Positions 44,356-53,007 of a stretch of DNA of 64,000 bases are shown here, piece after piece. Below the pieces are notes generated by a model. It saw only the letters and a program-made list of their open reading frames with translations, was not told where the DNA came from and searched no databases. Source of the stretch: a virus (taxonomy: Duplodnaviria > Caudoviricetes); IMG/VR virus record IMGVR_UViG_3300049329_000003, positions 2,588 to 66,587 of that record. One strand, 5' to 3'. Positions within the stretch are counted from its first letter, which is position 1. Every line of letters begins with the position of its first letter. Position numbers and translations under genes: made by a program.

Positions 44356-44758
44356 CGGCATGCCATTGCCGGTGCATTTGATCAGTGCGGTCACTCTCTT
44401 GCCGTAATCTCGCCTCCAATGACTCAAACACGCTGGTTATTACCTCAGCCGTTGCCAGTGGCGCAAACTTAGAAACCAGGTCTGCCGCGCTGAGAAAGTC
44501 ATCACAAAACACTAGTCCGCTCTCGCTAGAATTACCGATTTCGACAACGTATGGAAACTGCGGCTGGATCTTCATTCTCTTGTTAACGCCTCGCACTATC
44601 ACCTCCCAGCCGCAGTCGTGACCAACACGATCACCGGAGATGTAGTAGCCATTAGCTTGCAGGTAATCATCCCAGTGCTGGCCTTCTACTAGATCAGATA
44701 GCGGAGAACTGTCCAGTTTTGACCACCCCTCGATCAGACCATATCGGTAGTTAGTCAT
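44309..44758 (-). CDS. Hypothetical protein, second gene of the RHH operon
   Basis: ATG 44758 overlaps the RHH stop. Confidence 0.65.
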   Translation of the reverse strand: MTNYRYGLIEGWSKLDSSPLSDLVEGQHWDDYLQANGYYISGDRVGHDCGWEVIVRGVNKRMKIQPQFPYVVEIGNSSESGLVFCDDFLSAADLVSKFAPLATAEVITSVFESLEARLRQESDRTDQMHRQWHAANHSPSFPFELYEDV

Positions 44759-44960
44759 TGTCCTCCTCCCTTTTTCCACGCATTACCGCATATACCAATG
44801 GCATTGACTCCTCGACTTCTTCCGCTTGCTTGCGAATCATTATCTCCAGTACTGAGCCCTTGGAAATCCCTTGTTCGTCAGCCATTGCCTGAAGAAGCGC
44901 AAACGCTTTGATACTTAATCTTACAGGTAGTAGTTGTTTTTTGTTGTTACTTTGTATCAT
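44751..44960 (-). CDS. Ribbon-helix-helix (CopG/Arc-like) regulator, leaderless
   Basis: LLPVRLSIKAFALLQAMADEQGISKGSVLEIMIRK; TTGATT-17-TAATAT-6-ATG upstream. Confidence 0.85.
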   Translation of the reverse strand: MIQSNNKKQLLPVRLSIKAFALLQAMADEQGISKGSVLEIMIRKQAEEVEESMPLVYAVMRGKREEDND

Positions 44961-45029
44961 ATCTGTATATTAACATGTTCGGTCAACGTAATCAAATGTA
45001 GTATGAAATCGTGACCGATGGTTAATTGT

Positions 45030-45230
45030 TGAACTGTTTAACAAGGAGCGAAGTGTAAAAAGCCTAATAAAACAGGGGTATTATCTAAACCTTTCTTTAT
45101 AAACTTTTTCATACGCGATGGTATAGGAAAGTTTTTTATTTTGAGTCTGCGAGGGTAGGGAGTAGAGGCGAACACCTTAAATGTCGGGTAATAGGACACT
45201 TAGCAAAATTCCGCCCCAGTATGGCGAACG
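45030..45230. other. AT-rich non-coding region with imperfect inverted repeat, candidate replication origin
   Basis: AAACTTTTTCATAC-gcgatg-GTATAGGAAAGTTT at 45101-45134; adjacent to the helicase gene. Confidence 0.4.
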
Positions 45231-45232
45231 GC

Positions 45233-46285
45233 TTACTCGGAAAGGTCTTTTTCGGGATCTTGGGCAACTACAAGCCTAAGAACATGGGCGGATTCAGTAG
45301 GCTTGAGAAAATGACCGCGTGCCTGCAATCGTTCCAGCCCGTCTAGCGCCCAGTTAAAGATTGCCTGACCGGAGAGCTTGATCTGGCGTTTAATGTTCTC
45401 ATTGCGCTTACTTTCATCCATTGGCGGAAATTTAACTACTACCACTCGACGAGCTAGACCAATACCGCTCTTGGGAATGTCCGGCAGCTCATTCATCGCC
45501 CATAGGAACTTAGCGCGGCAGAACATCTCGAAGGGATCGTGATACTTATGGTCAACCATGATCCCTTCACCTGAGATAAGCTGATTGAGAATCTGAACCT
45601 GTTTCATCGATGCTGGTTGCTCGGAGGCAATAGCAAGAGTCTTTCCGTTGAGGTGACTTAGCCCAAAACGAGAGTCCAGGTTGGCAATACTGAAGGTTGT
45701 AACACGGTTTCCAAACGCAGCCCGCAGCCCGTCAAGGAACGTGGACTTACCGCAGCCGGATGGCCCATAAAGCCACACTGCGGTTTCTTTCACCATGTCC
45801 GTAGTCAGTGCATACCCAGCAAATTCCTGCAAGAATGAGAGACAGTCAGATGGGATCACTTCATCAAGGTACATTTCCCATACGTCTGAACGGGTTTTAG
45901 GGTTGTAATCGAAAGGGAACGCGGATGTAAGGTAGTCCTTGCAGTTATGTTCGCGGCGCTGTCGTGTGCTGATTTCCAGAGTACAGTCACGGAAGGTGAT
46001 CAAATCCGTCTTCCGATCCATGGTTCCGTCCGGCCTTGAGCACGCCACTCGTACTAGATTTGTGATGCTATCTAATGTTCCAGCCGTGGCGGTGATTGCC
46101 AGCTTGCTATCACTATCAATGATTGCCTGCGCTTCCTGTTTGATCAGGTATTCAGGTATGTTTTCCCATAACCGCCCATTAAACCTGAACCATTGCCCAG
46201 AAGTAAAAGCGGTTTGTTGGTGTTGACGAATCAGGGTATCACGCACGAAGACATGCGGCCTGCTTCTAGGGGATTTTCCTGCCAC
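45233..46285 (-). CDS. D5/P4-family SF3 helicase lacking a primase domain
   Basis: FLQEFAGYAL, LYGPSGCGKST, GKTLAIASE, KFLWAMNELP, RRVVVVKF. Confidence 0.9.
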   Translation of the reverse strand: MAGKSPRSRPHVFVRDTLIRQHQQTAFTSGQWFRFNGRLWENIPEYLIKQEAQAIIDSDSKLAITATAGTLDSITNLVRVACSRPDGTMDRKTDLITFRDCTLEISTRQRREHNCKDYLTSAFPFDYNPKTRSDVWEMYLDEVIPSDCLSFLQEFAGYALTTDMVKETAVWLYGPSGCGKSTFLDGLRAAFGNRVTTFSIANLDSRFGLSHLNGKTLAIASEQPASMKQVQILNQLISGEGIMVDHKYHDPFEMFCRAKFLWAMNELPDIPKSGIGLARRVVVVKFPPMDESKRNENIKRQIKLSGQAIFNWALDGLERLQARGHFLKPTESAHVLRLVVAQDPEKDLSE

Positions 46286-46303
46286 GTTGGTTGAGAGTTG
46301 CTG

Positions 46304-46498
46304 CTACTTATGACCGTTGTTGTTGGGCTTTTGCTGTTCTCCCGTCCTGATTTCCGCTTTAATCTGCGCGATTTGTTCTCTCGATAATACCGGACGCCTA
46401 GCGATAATCGTAGGACGGTATCGAGGTAGGTATTTCCGATACAACCAGGCCCGGCTAATACCAATACGAGCAGCGGATTCAGTCAGGTTGAAAAACAT
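46304..46498 (-). CDS. Small HTH protein
   Basis: FNLTESAARIGISRAWLYRKY; start ATG 46498. Confidence 0.75.
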   Translation of the reverse strand: MFFNLTESAARIGISRAWLYRKYLPRYRPTIIARRPVLSREQIAQIKAEIRTGEQQKPNNNGHK

Positions 46499-46520
46499 TG
46501 CGGCGCAGGTTATCACAGTT

Positions 46521-46600
46521 GTCTACGCCATGTATACGGTCAAATTGACGTTGGTTAAGTTGAAAATAATCCTTGCAATTTTGTAGACGCTCTGTATACT
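46521..46600. promoter_or_regulatory. Two 17-bp operator-like repeats and a rightward promoter
   Basis: GTCTACGCCATGTATAC (46521-37) and GTAGACGCTCTGTATAC (46583-99); TTGCAA-16-TATACT. Confidence 0.6.
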
Positions 46601-46622
46601 GCGGCCTGTCGTTTCGAATTCA

Positions 46623-47546
46623 TTGATAAGACAAAAGGTAAACATGGCAGCAACAATACAGGAAGCAGGCAGCGTGGCCGCGGATGATTTGCAGTCGCAA
46701 GTCAAGCCGTTCGCCGAAACGCTCAAGTGTGCTGCTTATGCAGCCCAGGGCGGACGCAAGACGCTGCAAATCGGCCATCTAATCGAGGCATTTGGCGTGG
46801 AAAACGTGGCGATTATCAGCTGCGAGCATGGCCTGGGGACAATCTCCAGCCGGGTTGATGAGCGGTTTGTGTTTCGCACGGGCGACAGGCAAGGTTTGCG
46901 TGACGGGTACAAATGGGCTGGCGATAAAGGTTTTACAACCCGCGACAAATGGGTATGTGTAGACGGTGGTTCACGCGCTCTCAACTGGATCAACCACGAC
47001 ATCTTCATGGGCGCGCAGAAGGCGCTTGAGGGAGTAATTGAAGGTAAATCCAAGCAGGCGCTCGATGCGAGCTTTCGCAAGTACTCGTCGTATGTAACTA
47101 AAGAGCAGGACCTAAACAGCCAGCAAATGTGGTGGCGGACGGGCTATGAATGCGAGCAGTTGCTTGATGCCTTTATCAAGCTCGGCAGCAACATGTACTG
47201 GACGTTTTGGGAAGACCAGACATCAATCAGCCAGTACGTCAAAGGCGTGCCGTGGATACCGGAAACACCGGGCAAGGGCGCGTTGACAGCGGTCAAAGGA
47301 GCGTTTGATTTCATCTTTCGACTGACACCCTGCCGGATAAAGGACGAAGCAACCGGAGGGCTGCGGGACAGCGTGGCGGCAACCTTTCGCAACCCACCGA
47401 GTAATAACGAAAACTACGCCAAGGTACGGGACGACTGGGACGGTGGAGTGCGAGTGCCTGATCGTATCGACGACTTCAATCTAGCAGATTTTGCAAAACT
47501 AATAACTAAGACCAGCGCGCGTAAGGCAGCAGACGTACAGGCGTAA
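46623..47546 (+). CDS. Sak4-like AAA ATPase/single-strand annealing protein
   Basis: Deviant Walker A (YAAQGGRKT), Walker B VCVDG, FDFIFRL, YAKVRD...PDRI; precedes an SSB-like gene. Confidence 0.7.
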   Translation: MIRQKVNMAATIQEAGSVAADDLQSQVKPFAETLKCAAYAAQGGRKTLQIGHLIEAFGVENVAIISCEHGLGTISSRVDERFVFRTGDRQGLRDGYKWAGDKGFTTRDKWVCVDGGSRALNWINHDIFMGAQKALEGVIEGKSKQALDASFRKYSSYVTKEQDLNSQQMWWRTGYECEQLLDAFIKLGSNMYWTFWEDQTSISQYVKGVPWIPETPGKGALTAVKGAFDFIFRLTPCRIKDEATGGLRDSVAATFRNPPSNNENYAKVRDDWDGGVRVPDRIDDFNLADFAKLITKTSARKAADVQA

Positions 47547-47600
47547 CGGCAACCCTTACGCGCTTAACACAACCAAAACAACCAAAGGAGCGATGAAGCA

Positions 47601-48050
47601 ATGAGTATTTGGGACGATTTAGACAAAGAGGCGAGTGAGGACAAGCGGATAGGCAGTCACGATTTTACGGTTGACAGGATTACGGAAGGCGAATGGGAGC
47701 CTGGTCGAGCATACCGAGAGCTTGACGGCAGGTTAATAACGTCCGACAACTTCAATTTGCGGCAACGGTTCAACGTGACGCCATCCGAAGAGGTGGTCCA
47801 GCGTGAAAAAGGCAACTGGGACCAACGGACCAAGAAGTCGGTAAACTACTCGCATCAGATGGACGTGGTACTAGAAAAAGAATACGGCGTCACGCTCGCA
47901 GGTATTAAGGAAGGTGACACGTTGCGAGTGTTAACCGGCTACGAAACTGACAAGAATAACAAGGAAAAGAAGTACGTGAAGATTGTCAAGTTTCTACCTA
48001 AAACCGCGCCGCTGTCAGGCAATGGCAACTCATCCGACGTACCTTTCTAA
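47601..48050 (+). CDS. Single-stranded DNA-binding-like protein
   Basis: Position after the annealing ATPase; C-terminal DVPF tail. Confidence 0.65.
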   Translation: MSIWDDLDKEASEDKRIGSHDFTVDRITEGEWEPGRAYRELDGRLITSDNFNLRQRFNVTPSEEVVQREKGNWDQRTKKSVNYSHQMDVVLEKEYGVTLAGIKEGDTLRVLTGYETDKNNKEKKYVKIVKFLPKTAPLSGNGNSSDVPF

Positions 48051-48054
48051 AACC

Positions 48055-48846
48055 ATGCCTATCGTCGCGTTCTACTGCCGGAAATGCAGAGCCAACGTGC
48101 CGCTGGATCACTACGACTCATGCGGCGCAGTCCACCCTGACTTCGCCGCGGCTGTAGTCGCCGATAGTAAACGGGACCGTAGCGACGGCATCCATGTGAC
48201 CGACGTGCTTGGTTGCCCACGCAAAGCGGCAATTCAGGCGGTAGCCAACATACATGTAGATCCGTTGGCGTATAACTCAATACTCGGCGGCACGGCTTGG
48301 CATGCTCAGATGCGAGCGGCGTCCAACAAGCCGGAGCTTTGCGAGGTTGACGTATCCGGCATCGTGGGGGGCGCGATGCTGGTTGGCAGGGTGGATCGAC
48401 TGCATCCACCCACCGCCATCAGCGATTGGAAGGTAACAAGCGAGTGGGCCGAGAAGTGGCTGAGCAAACCGAAAGATGAAGGCGGCGGTATGAAGCCTGA
48501 GCACTTGGTGCAAATGTCGCTGTACGCCGAGCTTGTCGAGCAGTCGTTGGGCTGGCGTCCGCTGTATGGTATCGCATGGTACAGGACACATAAAACAATG
48601 CTGCCATTTACTGAGTTGCTGTGGTCGCTTGATCGCGTGCTAGGTTTTCATCCGCTTGGCGGAGATTACTCGGTTGTTGAGTTGATTGGTCAGGCAGCTT
48701 GGTCGCTGGACTGTGGTATTACTGCCGAGTGCTGGCAGGAACTGCCACTAGCAGGAGAGTCAATGAAGTACGGAGCCAAACTGGCCTGTGATTACTGCGC
48801 GATGAGGGAGCCGTGCTGGACTGCCGCGAAGTCCGCGCCGTTCTAA
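48055..48846 (+). CDS. Cas4-like PD-(D/E)xK exonuclease
   Basis: GCPRK, GTAWH, GRVDRL, DWKVT, QMSLY, CDYC...C. Confidence 0.85.
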   Translation: MPIVAFYCRKCRANVPLDHYDSCGAVHPDFAAAVVADSKRDRSDGIHVTDVLGCPRKAAIQAVANIHVDPLAYNSILGGTAWHAQMRAASNKPELCEVDVSGIVGGAMLVGRVDRLHPPTAISDWKVTSEWAEKWLSKPKDEGGGMKPEHLVQMSLYAELVEQSLGWRPLYGIAWYRTHKTMLPFTELLWSLDRVLGFHPLGGDYSVVELIGQAAWSLDCGITAECWQELPLAGESMKYGAKLACDYCAMREPCWTAAKSAPF

Positions 48847-48849
48847 GCC

Positions 48850-49347
48850 ATGAAAGAACTAGTCTTGCCAAGAATCGCGATAGACACGAGGGAGCAAGCG
48901 AGATTTATGTTTGATGGTTACGAGAGTTATAGGACAACGCTGCAAACAGGCGACTATAGCCTTGAGGGACTGACTGACGTACTGGCAGTTGAGCGAAAAA
49001 GTCACGGTGATGCGTGGGCCATGTTGACTGCCGAGCGTAAACGGTTTGAGCGCTGTCTGGAACGCATGGCGCTACTGGACAGGGCCGCGATAGTTATCGA
49101 ATGCAGCATGGCTGAGTTTGTTGTGCCGCCGCCACAGGTCAAGCGGGTCAATGCAGCAACGGCTATGGGTTCCTATATCAGTTGGTCTACCAAGTACCGG
49201 ATACCTGTTTATTGGGCCGAAAATCGCCGGTGGGCTGAGCGCGTCACGCTTCGTGTCTTGGCAGCTTACTACAAACATTGCGCTGATGGGGCTTGTGTAA
49301 CAACGGAGCGCGCACGAGTAGAAGCGCAGTTGCTGGAGGTTGGATGA
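48850..49347 (+). CDS. ERCC4-domain nuclease
   Basis: IDTREQ, LQTGDYS, AVERKS, RFERCLERM. Confidence 0.9.
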   Translation: MKELVLPRIAIDTREQARFMFDGYESYRTTLQTGDYSLEGLTDVLAVERKSHGDAWAMLTAERKRFERCLERMALLDRAAIVIECSMAEFVVPPPQVKRVNAATAMGSYISWSTKYRIPVYWAENRRWAERVTLRVLAAYYKHCADGACVTTERARVEAQLLEVG

Positions 49348-49937
49348 GCGGACTATTCGACGACAAGTACGCGTTAGTGCGAGACGACTGGGAAGATGAG
49401 CAGCCTGTCAGGTTGGTTGAACCGCCACCAACGCCTGCCGCGTGGCTCGGTTCCGCCTGCGTGTGGGGTCCGGCACAAACGCAGGGCAGCAAGCGGGGGT
49501 TTGTGCATCCGCACCTGAAAAGGGTTGTGATAGTTGACGATAATGATCGCGCGCTTAAAAGCTGGCGACAGGAGCTAGTTGACGCGATGGTGCGACACAA
49601 GCCTGCTAACCCGCTTGATGGACCTGTGGCAGTGAATATCAAGCTGTATGTCCCGCGACCACGCGCGCATTACCGGACAGATGGAACACTCAAACCCAAC
49701 GCGCCAAAGCTGCCGGCCGCAGGCCGCGACATTGACAAGGTGGCACGCGCGATACTGGACGCCGGTCAGATAGCTCGCTGGTGGACGAACGACGCGAGGG
49801 TGACAGACTTGCATATGCGGCGCAGGTACGACGATGGCATTGGCGAGCGGAGCTGGGTGTGGGCATGGGCTGTGAGTGAGCCTGACCAGCCTATGCCGGA
49901 GTTGGATGAGACAATTGATGTGGGGGAAGATAGGTGA
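49344..49937 (+). CDS. rusA: RusA-like Holliday junction resolvase
   Basis: PAQTQGSKR, RDIDKVARAILDA...WTNDARV. Confidence 0.88.
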   Translation: MSGLFDDKYALVRDDWEDEQPVRLVEPPPTPAAWLGSACVWGPAQTQGSKRGFVHPHLKRVVIVDDNDRALKSWRQELVDAMVRHKPANPLDGPVAVNIKLYVPRPRAHYRTDGTLKPNAPKLPAAGRDIDKVARAILDAGQIARWWTNDARVTDLHMRRRYDDGIGERSWVWAWAVSEPDQPMPELDETIDVGEDR

Positions 49938-50164
49938 TGGCGGTGAGAATAGAAGGCGATATGGATTTATACGATGTCGCAATCCGGCGTATACATCAAC
50001 TTGAGGCGTTGAATGCGATACTCGCGGCACAGGTGGATCGGCAGGGGAAGGTGGTTAATGCCGTACTGGTGGCTTTCAATCGCGGCGGAGGGTTTACCCA
50101 GCAATTAGCAACGGCGTGTGACGATTACATTACGGCGATGGCCCAACTGGCAAAGGAAGGATAA
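49934..50164 (+). CDS. Hypothetical protein
   Basis: 76 aa coupled. Confidence 0.55.
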   Translation: MMAVRIEGDMDLYDVAIRRIHQLEALNAILAAQVDRQGKVVNAVLVAFNRGGGFTQQLATACDDYITAMAQLAKEG

Positions 50165-50169
50165 AGGGG

Positions 50170-50391
50170 ATGGCGAAAATCGTAACTATAACTAATCCGG
50201 CTGAGTTATTAATGGCTCAAATTGAAGAAGTGCGTACCGGTAACTCGCAAACGCGAAACGAGATTGAACGGTTGCGACGCTTACTAAAAGGCGGCGAGAA
50301 GGAAGAGGCTAAGCTACAGGCCGAGTTGGATAAGCTGCTACTCAGCCATAAGTCAAAAACAACCGACGAGTGCTGCCACTTTCAAGACTAG
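50170..50391 (+). CDS. Coiled-coil hypothetical protein
   Basis: AAGGG RBS, 73 aa. Confidence 0.6.
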   Translation: MAKIVTITNPAELLMAQIEEVRTGNSQTRNEIERLRRLLKGGEKEEAKLQAELDKLLLSHKSKTTDECCHFQD

Positions 50392-50401
50392 GAAGCGAGT
50401 A

Positions 50402-50641
50402 ATGAGAATAGCAGACAATCCTGACCTTGGCAGTCCGGCACGCGAGCGAGCCGCTGACCACTCCGGATGGGTGGAAACTTGCCGCACGGCGTTTACCCAC
50501 GGCTGGGACGCGGCCATGCACCAAGTCAGCCTGCTTGTGCGAACTCCCGGTGGCGATGGTTGTTACTGTGCACACCATCCGGACGATCCGGCACATGGCA
50601 GGGATTGCTATGACTTGTTTAAGGCGCTGACGGGTAAATAA
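50402..50641 (+). CDS. Hypothetical protein
   Basis: 79 aa. Confidence 0.55.
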   Translation: MRIADNPDLGSPARERAADHSGWVETCRTAFTHGWDAAMHQVSLLVRTPGGDGCYCAHHPDDPAHGRDCYDLFKALTGK

Positions 50642-50745
50642 AAGTCGGCTGCTAGCGCCGCTGATTTAAGTCACGACGCGAATGCGCGGGTTTAAATATC
50701 GTCCAAAGGATCGTTCGAGGTAAATCAGGAAAGGATAAGCACACA

Positions 50746-51030
50746 ATGGACGCAAACCAGCTAAACGAACTTGCTACAAACGCGCTGCTCGACCACTGGC
50801 CGCCGCATCTAGGCGTGCAGACTGAGACGGAGAAGGTTGCGTATCTGGCTGAGCAATTGCGGGAAGCGGCTGATGCTGAGACACAAGCGGATGAGCTAGC
50901 GGATCAACTGGAAGCCGTACAGGAACAAAGCAATGAGTATGAGCGACAGTTAGAAGCCGCCAACGCTGAGATCTCTGACTTGAATGCGGTGATTGTCGAG
51001 TTGAAGGCTAAGCAGAATGTTCAAAGTTAA
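50746..51030 (+). CDS. Coiled-coil hypothetical protein
   Basis: AAAGGA RBS, 94 aa. Confidence 0.7.
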   Translation: MDANQLNELATNALLDHWPPHLGVQTETEKVAYLAEQLREAADAETQADELADQLEAVQEQSNEYERQLEAANAEISDLNAVIVELKAKQNVQS

Positions 51031-52114
51031 CCGTAGTCTCTTAAACACTGAACTTGCCATCATCGGCTCCGTCGTCAAAGACGAAAAGACGTTACCAGTT
51101 CTGCGATGTGTGCGGATGGTGTTTGATGGTGCTGAATTGCAACTGACGGGCTCGTCGGTTGACGTGACATTGCGGGTATCGTTGAGCGCTGAGGGCGAAG
51201 CATGGTCCGGCTGCGTGCCGTGGCAGCAGTTGGCGGCGTTAGTCAAGACGTTGTATGACGAGACGGTTTCGTTTGTACCTAAAGATGGCAAGATAACCAT
51301 CAAGGCGGGCACATCCAAGACGGTGTTGCACACGTTACCAGCAAGCGACTTCCCCGCACCTGACACCACCGCTACGCCAACACGGTTGACGCTGAATGGT
51401 GATGTGTTGCGAGAAGCGGTCAGGCGAGCGTTACCTTGCGTGTCTACAGAGGAATCGCGCTACGCCATGCGCGGGTTAAGCTTTGAAGCCAAGGACGGAG
51501 CACTGTGTGTTGTTGCTACAGACGGACATAGGCTTGCAGTCTCAACCATACCTGACATAAGCGTAATCGCAACGGCGCTAATCCCTGATATTGGTGTGCG
51601 GCCACTGTTGAATATGACCGCTGAATCTATCGCTATCGAGATAGGCCAAGGTCATGTCGTATTCAACTGCGACGGACGCATTCTCACCGCAAGATTGATA
51701 GCGGGTCAGTTTCCCAACTGGCGGCTGATTATTCCTGAGCACCTACCAAACCATATGGAAGTCGATTCTGAGTCGCTCTCCGCATCGTTAAAGCGCTCAG
51801 CAATCACTCGTGGGCGAATCTTCAAAACAGGCACAGGCGTAATCATGGATGGAATGAAGTTCACGTTTGCGCGTGACGCTCTAACGGTAGAGGTTAAAGA
51901 GAACGATCGCGGTGCGTTCAGTGAAGAGATCGCGGCAACAAGTAGTCTCAATGGCGAGGCGACGATCACGGCATTGAATCCCGATTACTTGGTAGACTTC
52001 CTCGCAACTGGCGAGGGTAAGTTAATTTGCCAGTGGAACGATGCGAGTAGTCAATTCCTGCTTTCGTGGCCTGACGTTGAGTATCGGTATGTTTTGATGC
52101 CGATGAGAGTATGA
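51017..52114 (+). CDS. dnaN: DNA polymerase III beta sliding clamp
   Basis: TLPVLRCV, STEESRYAMRG, VATDGHRLA, GQFPNWR, LNPDYLVD, YVLMPMR. Confidence 0.95.
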   Translation: MFKVNRSLLNTELAIIGSVVKDEKTLPVLRCVRMVFDGAELQLTGSSVDVTLRVSLSAEGEAWSGCVPWQQLAALVKTLYDETVSFVPKDGKITIKAGTSKTVLHTLPASDFPAPDTTATPTRLTLNGDVLREAVRRALPCVSTEESRYAMRGLSFEAKDGALCVVATDGHRLAVSTIPDISVIATALIPDIGVRPLLNMTAESIAIEIGQGHVVFNCDGRILTARLIAGQFPNWRLIIPEHLPNHMEVDSESLSASLKRSAITRGRIFKTGTGVIMDGMKFTFARDALTVEVKENDRGAFSEEIAATSSLNGEATITALNPDYLVDFLATGEGKLICQWNDASSQFLLSWPDVEYRYVLMPMRV

Positions 52115-52665
52115 CCTGCGCGGATAGCACAAGAATAGTGTGTCCTCTATTCCAGGAGGAAGGTGACGGTTCAAGTCCGATCTCCGCGCTCCAGTTATTT
52201 GTTGGGCGAATGAATCCAATGAAAGCGGCTATGTATAACTCATTGTGGCATCGGACCATGCCTTACATCGGACTCCCCGGCATGTGCGTGCCGTCGTTTG
52301 CCGCGTCATTCGCAAATGTTTATTACGCAGTTGCTTTATGGTCATTACCTATCGCGGCAAACAGACTGAAAGATGGCTACGAATGCTTAGAGTTGCGCCG
52401 CTTTGCTATCGCTCCAGACGCACCAAAAAATACCGCGTCGTTTATGCTTAGCCGAATGCGCAAAGCGATTAAGGGCGACATGCCAGAGATCAAACGTCTA
52501 ATCAGTTACCAAGACACCGGCGCACATCAGGGCACGATTTACAAAGCGGCTGGCTGGTTAGCGACCTGCAAGAGCGAGTACGTTTCATGGGAACATCACA
52601 GTAAACGACCCGGTAGCATGGAGCAATCGACCGCCGATAAGGTTCGCTGGGAGTGCGCGATATGA
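52111..52665 (+). CDS. Mom-like (GNAT-fold) DNA modification protein
   Basis: LELRRF...APKNTASFMLS...LISYQD..HQGTIYKAAGW. Confidence 0.85.
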   Translation: MTCADSTRIVCPLFQEEGDGSSPISALQLFVGRMNPMKAAMYNSLWHRTMPYIGLPGMCVPSFAASFANVYYAVALWSLPIAANRLKDGYECLELRRFAIAPDAPKNTASFMLSRMRKAIKGDMPEIKRLISYQDTGAHQGTIYKAAGWLATCKSEYVSWEHHSKRPGSMEQSTADKVRWECAI

Positions 52666-52818
52666 GACGCCAACGTATTTACATCATCGCGCAACGCTTT
52701 CCTGACTGTTGGGGTAATAAGCCGCTGTCGTTTGCGATCTATCAAGGCCGGACATTTTTAGCTTATTCATGGTCGCTTAGCGGGGCATGGGTGGCGCTAC
52801 AGGTTATTAGGAGAACGT

Positions 52819-53007
52819 GTGGACTACGCTAATCTGAAGTTCAAAGCCACAGGCAAGCGCCGCTACTGCCCGACTTGCGACAGTAAGCAGTTGACGAAAA
52901 TCTCCACGGCTACGGTTGAGTACAACTGCTATATCGAATCCTGCAAACGTTGTGGCGGCTGGCTTATCAAGTGGCCGAAGAAGACTTATGACGAGTACAT
53001 ACGCTGA
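52819..53007 (+). CDS. Small zinc-ribbon protein
   Basis: YCPTCD...SCKRCGGW. Confidence 0.55.
   Translation: MDYANLKFKATGKRRYCPTCDSKQLTKISTATVEYNCYIESCKRCGGWLIKWPKKTYDEYIR

Noticed and set aside
48055-48846. Cas4-like gene as part of a CRISPR or casposon system
   Set aside because: No repeat-spacer array, cas1/cas2 or other cas genes are seen; it sits in a standard Sak4-SSB-exonuclease recombination block
50661-50728. Call as a twister or hammerhead ribozyme
   Set aside because: It lacks CUGAUGA/GAAA and the twister L4 consensus, so it is kept only as an unclassified structure
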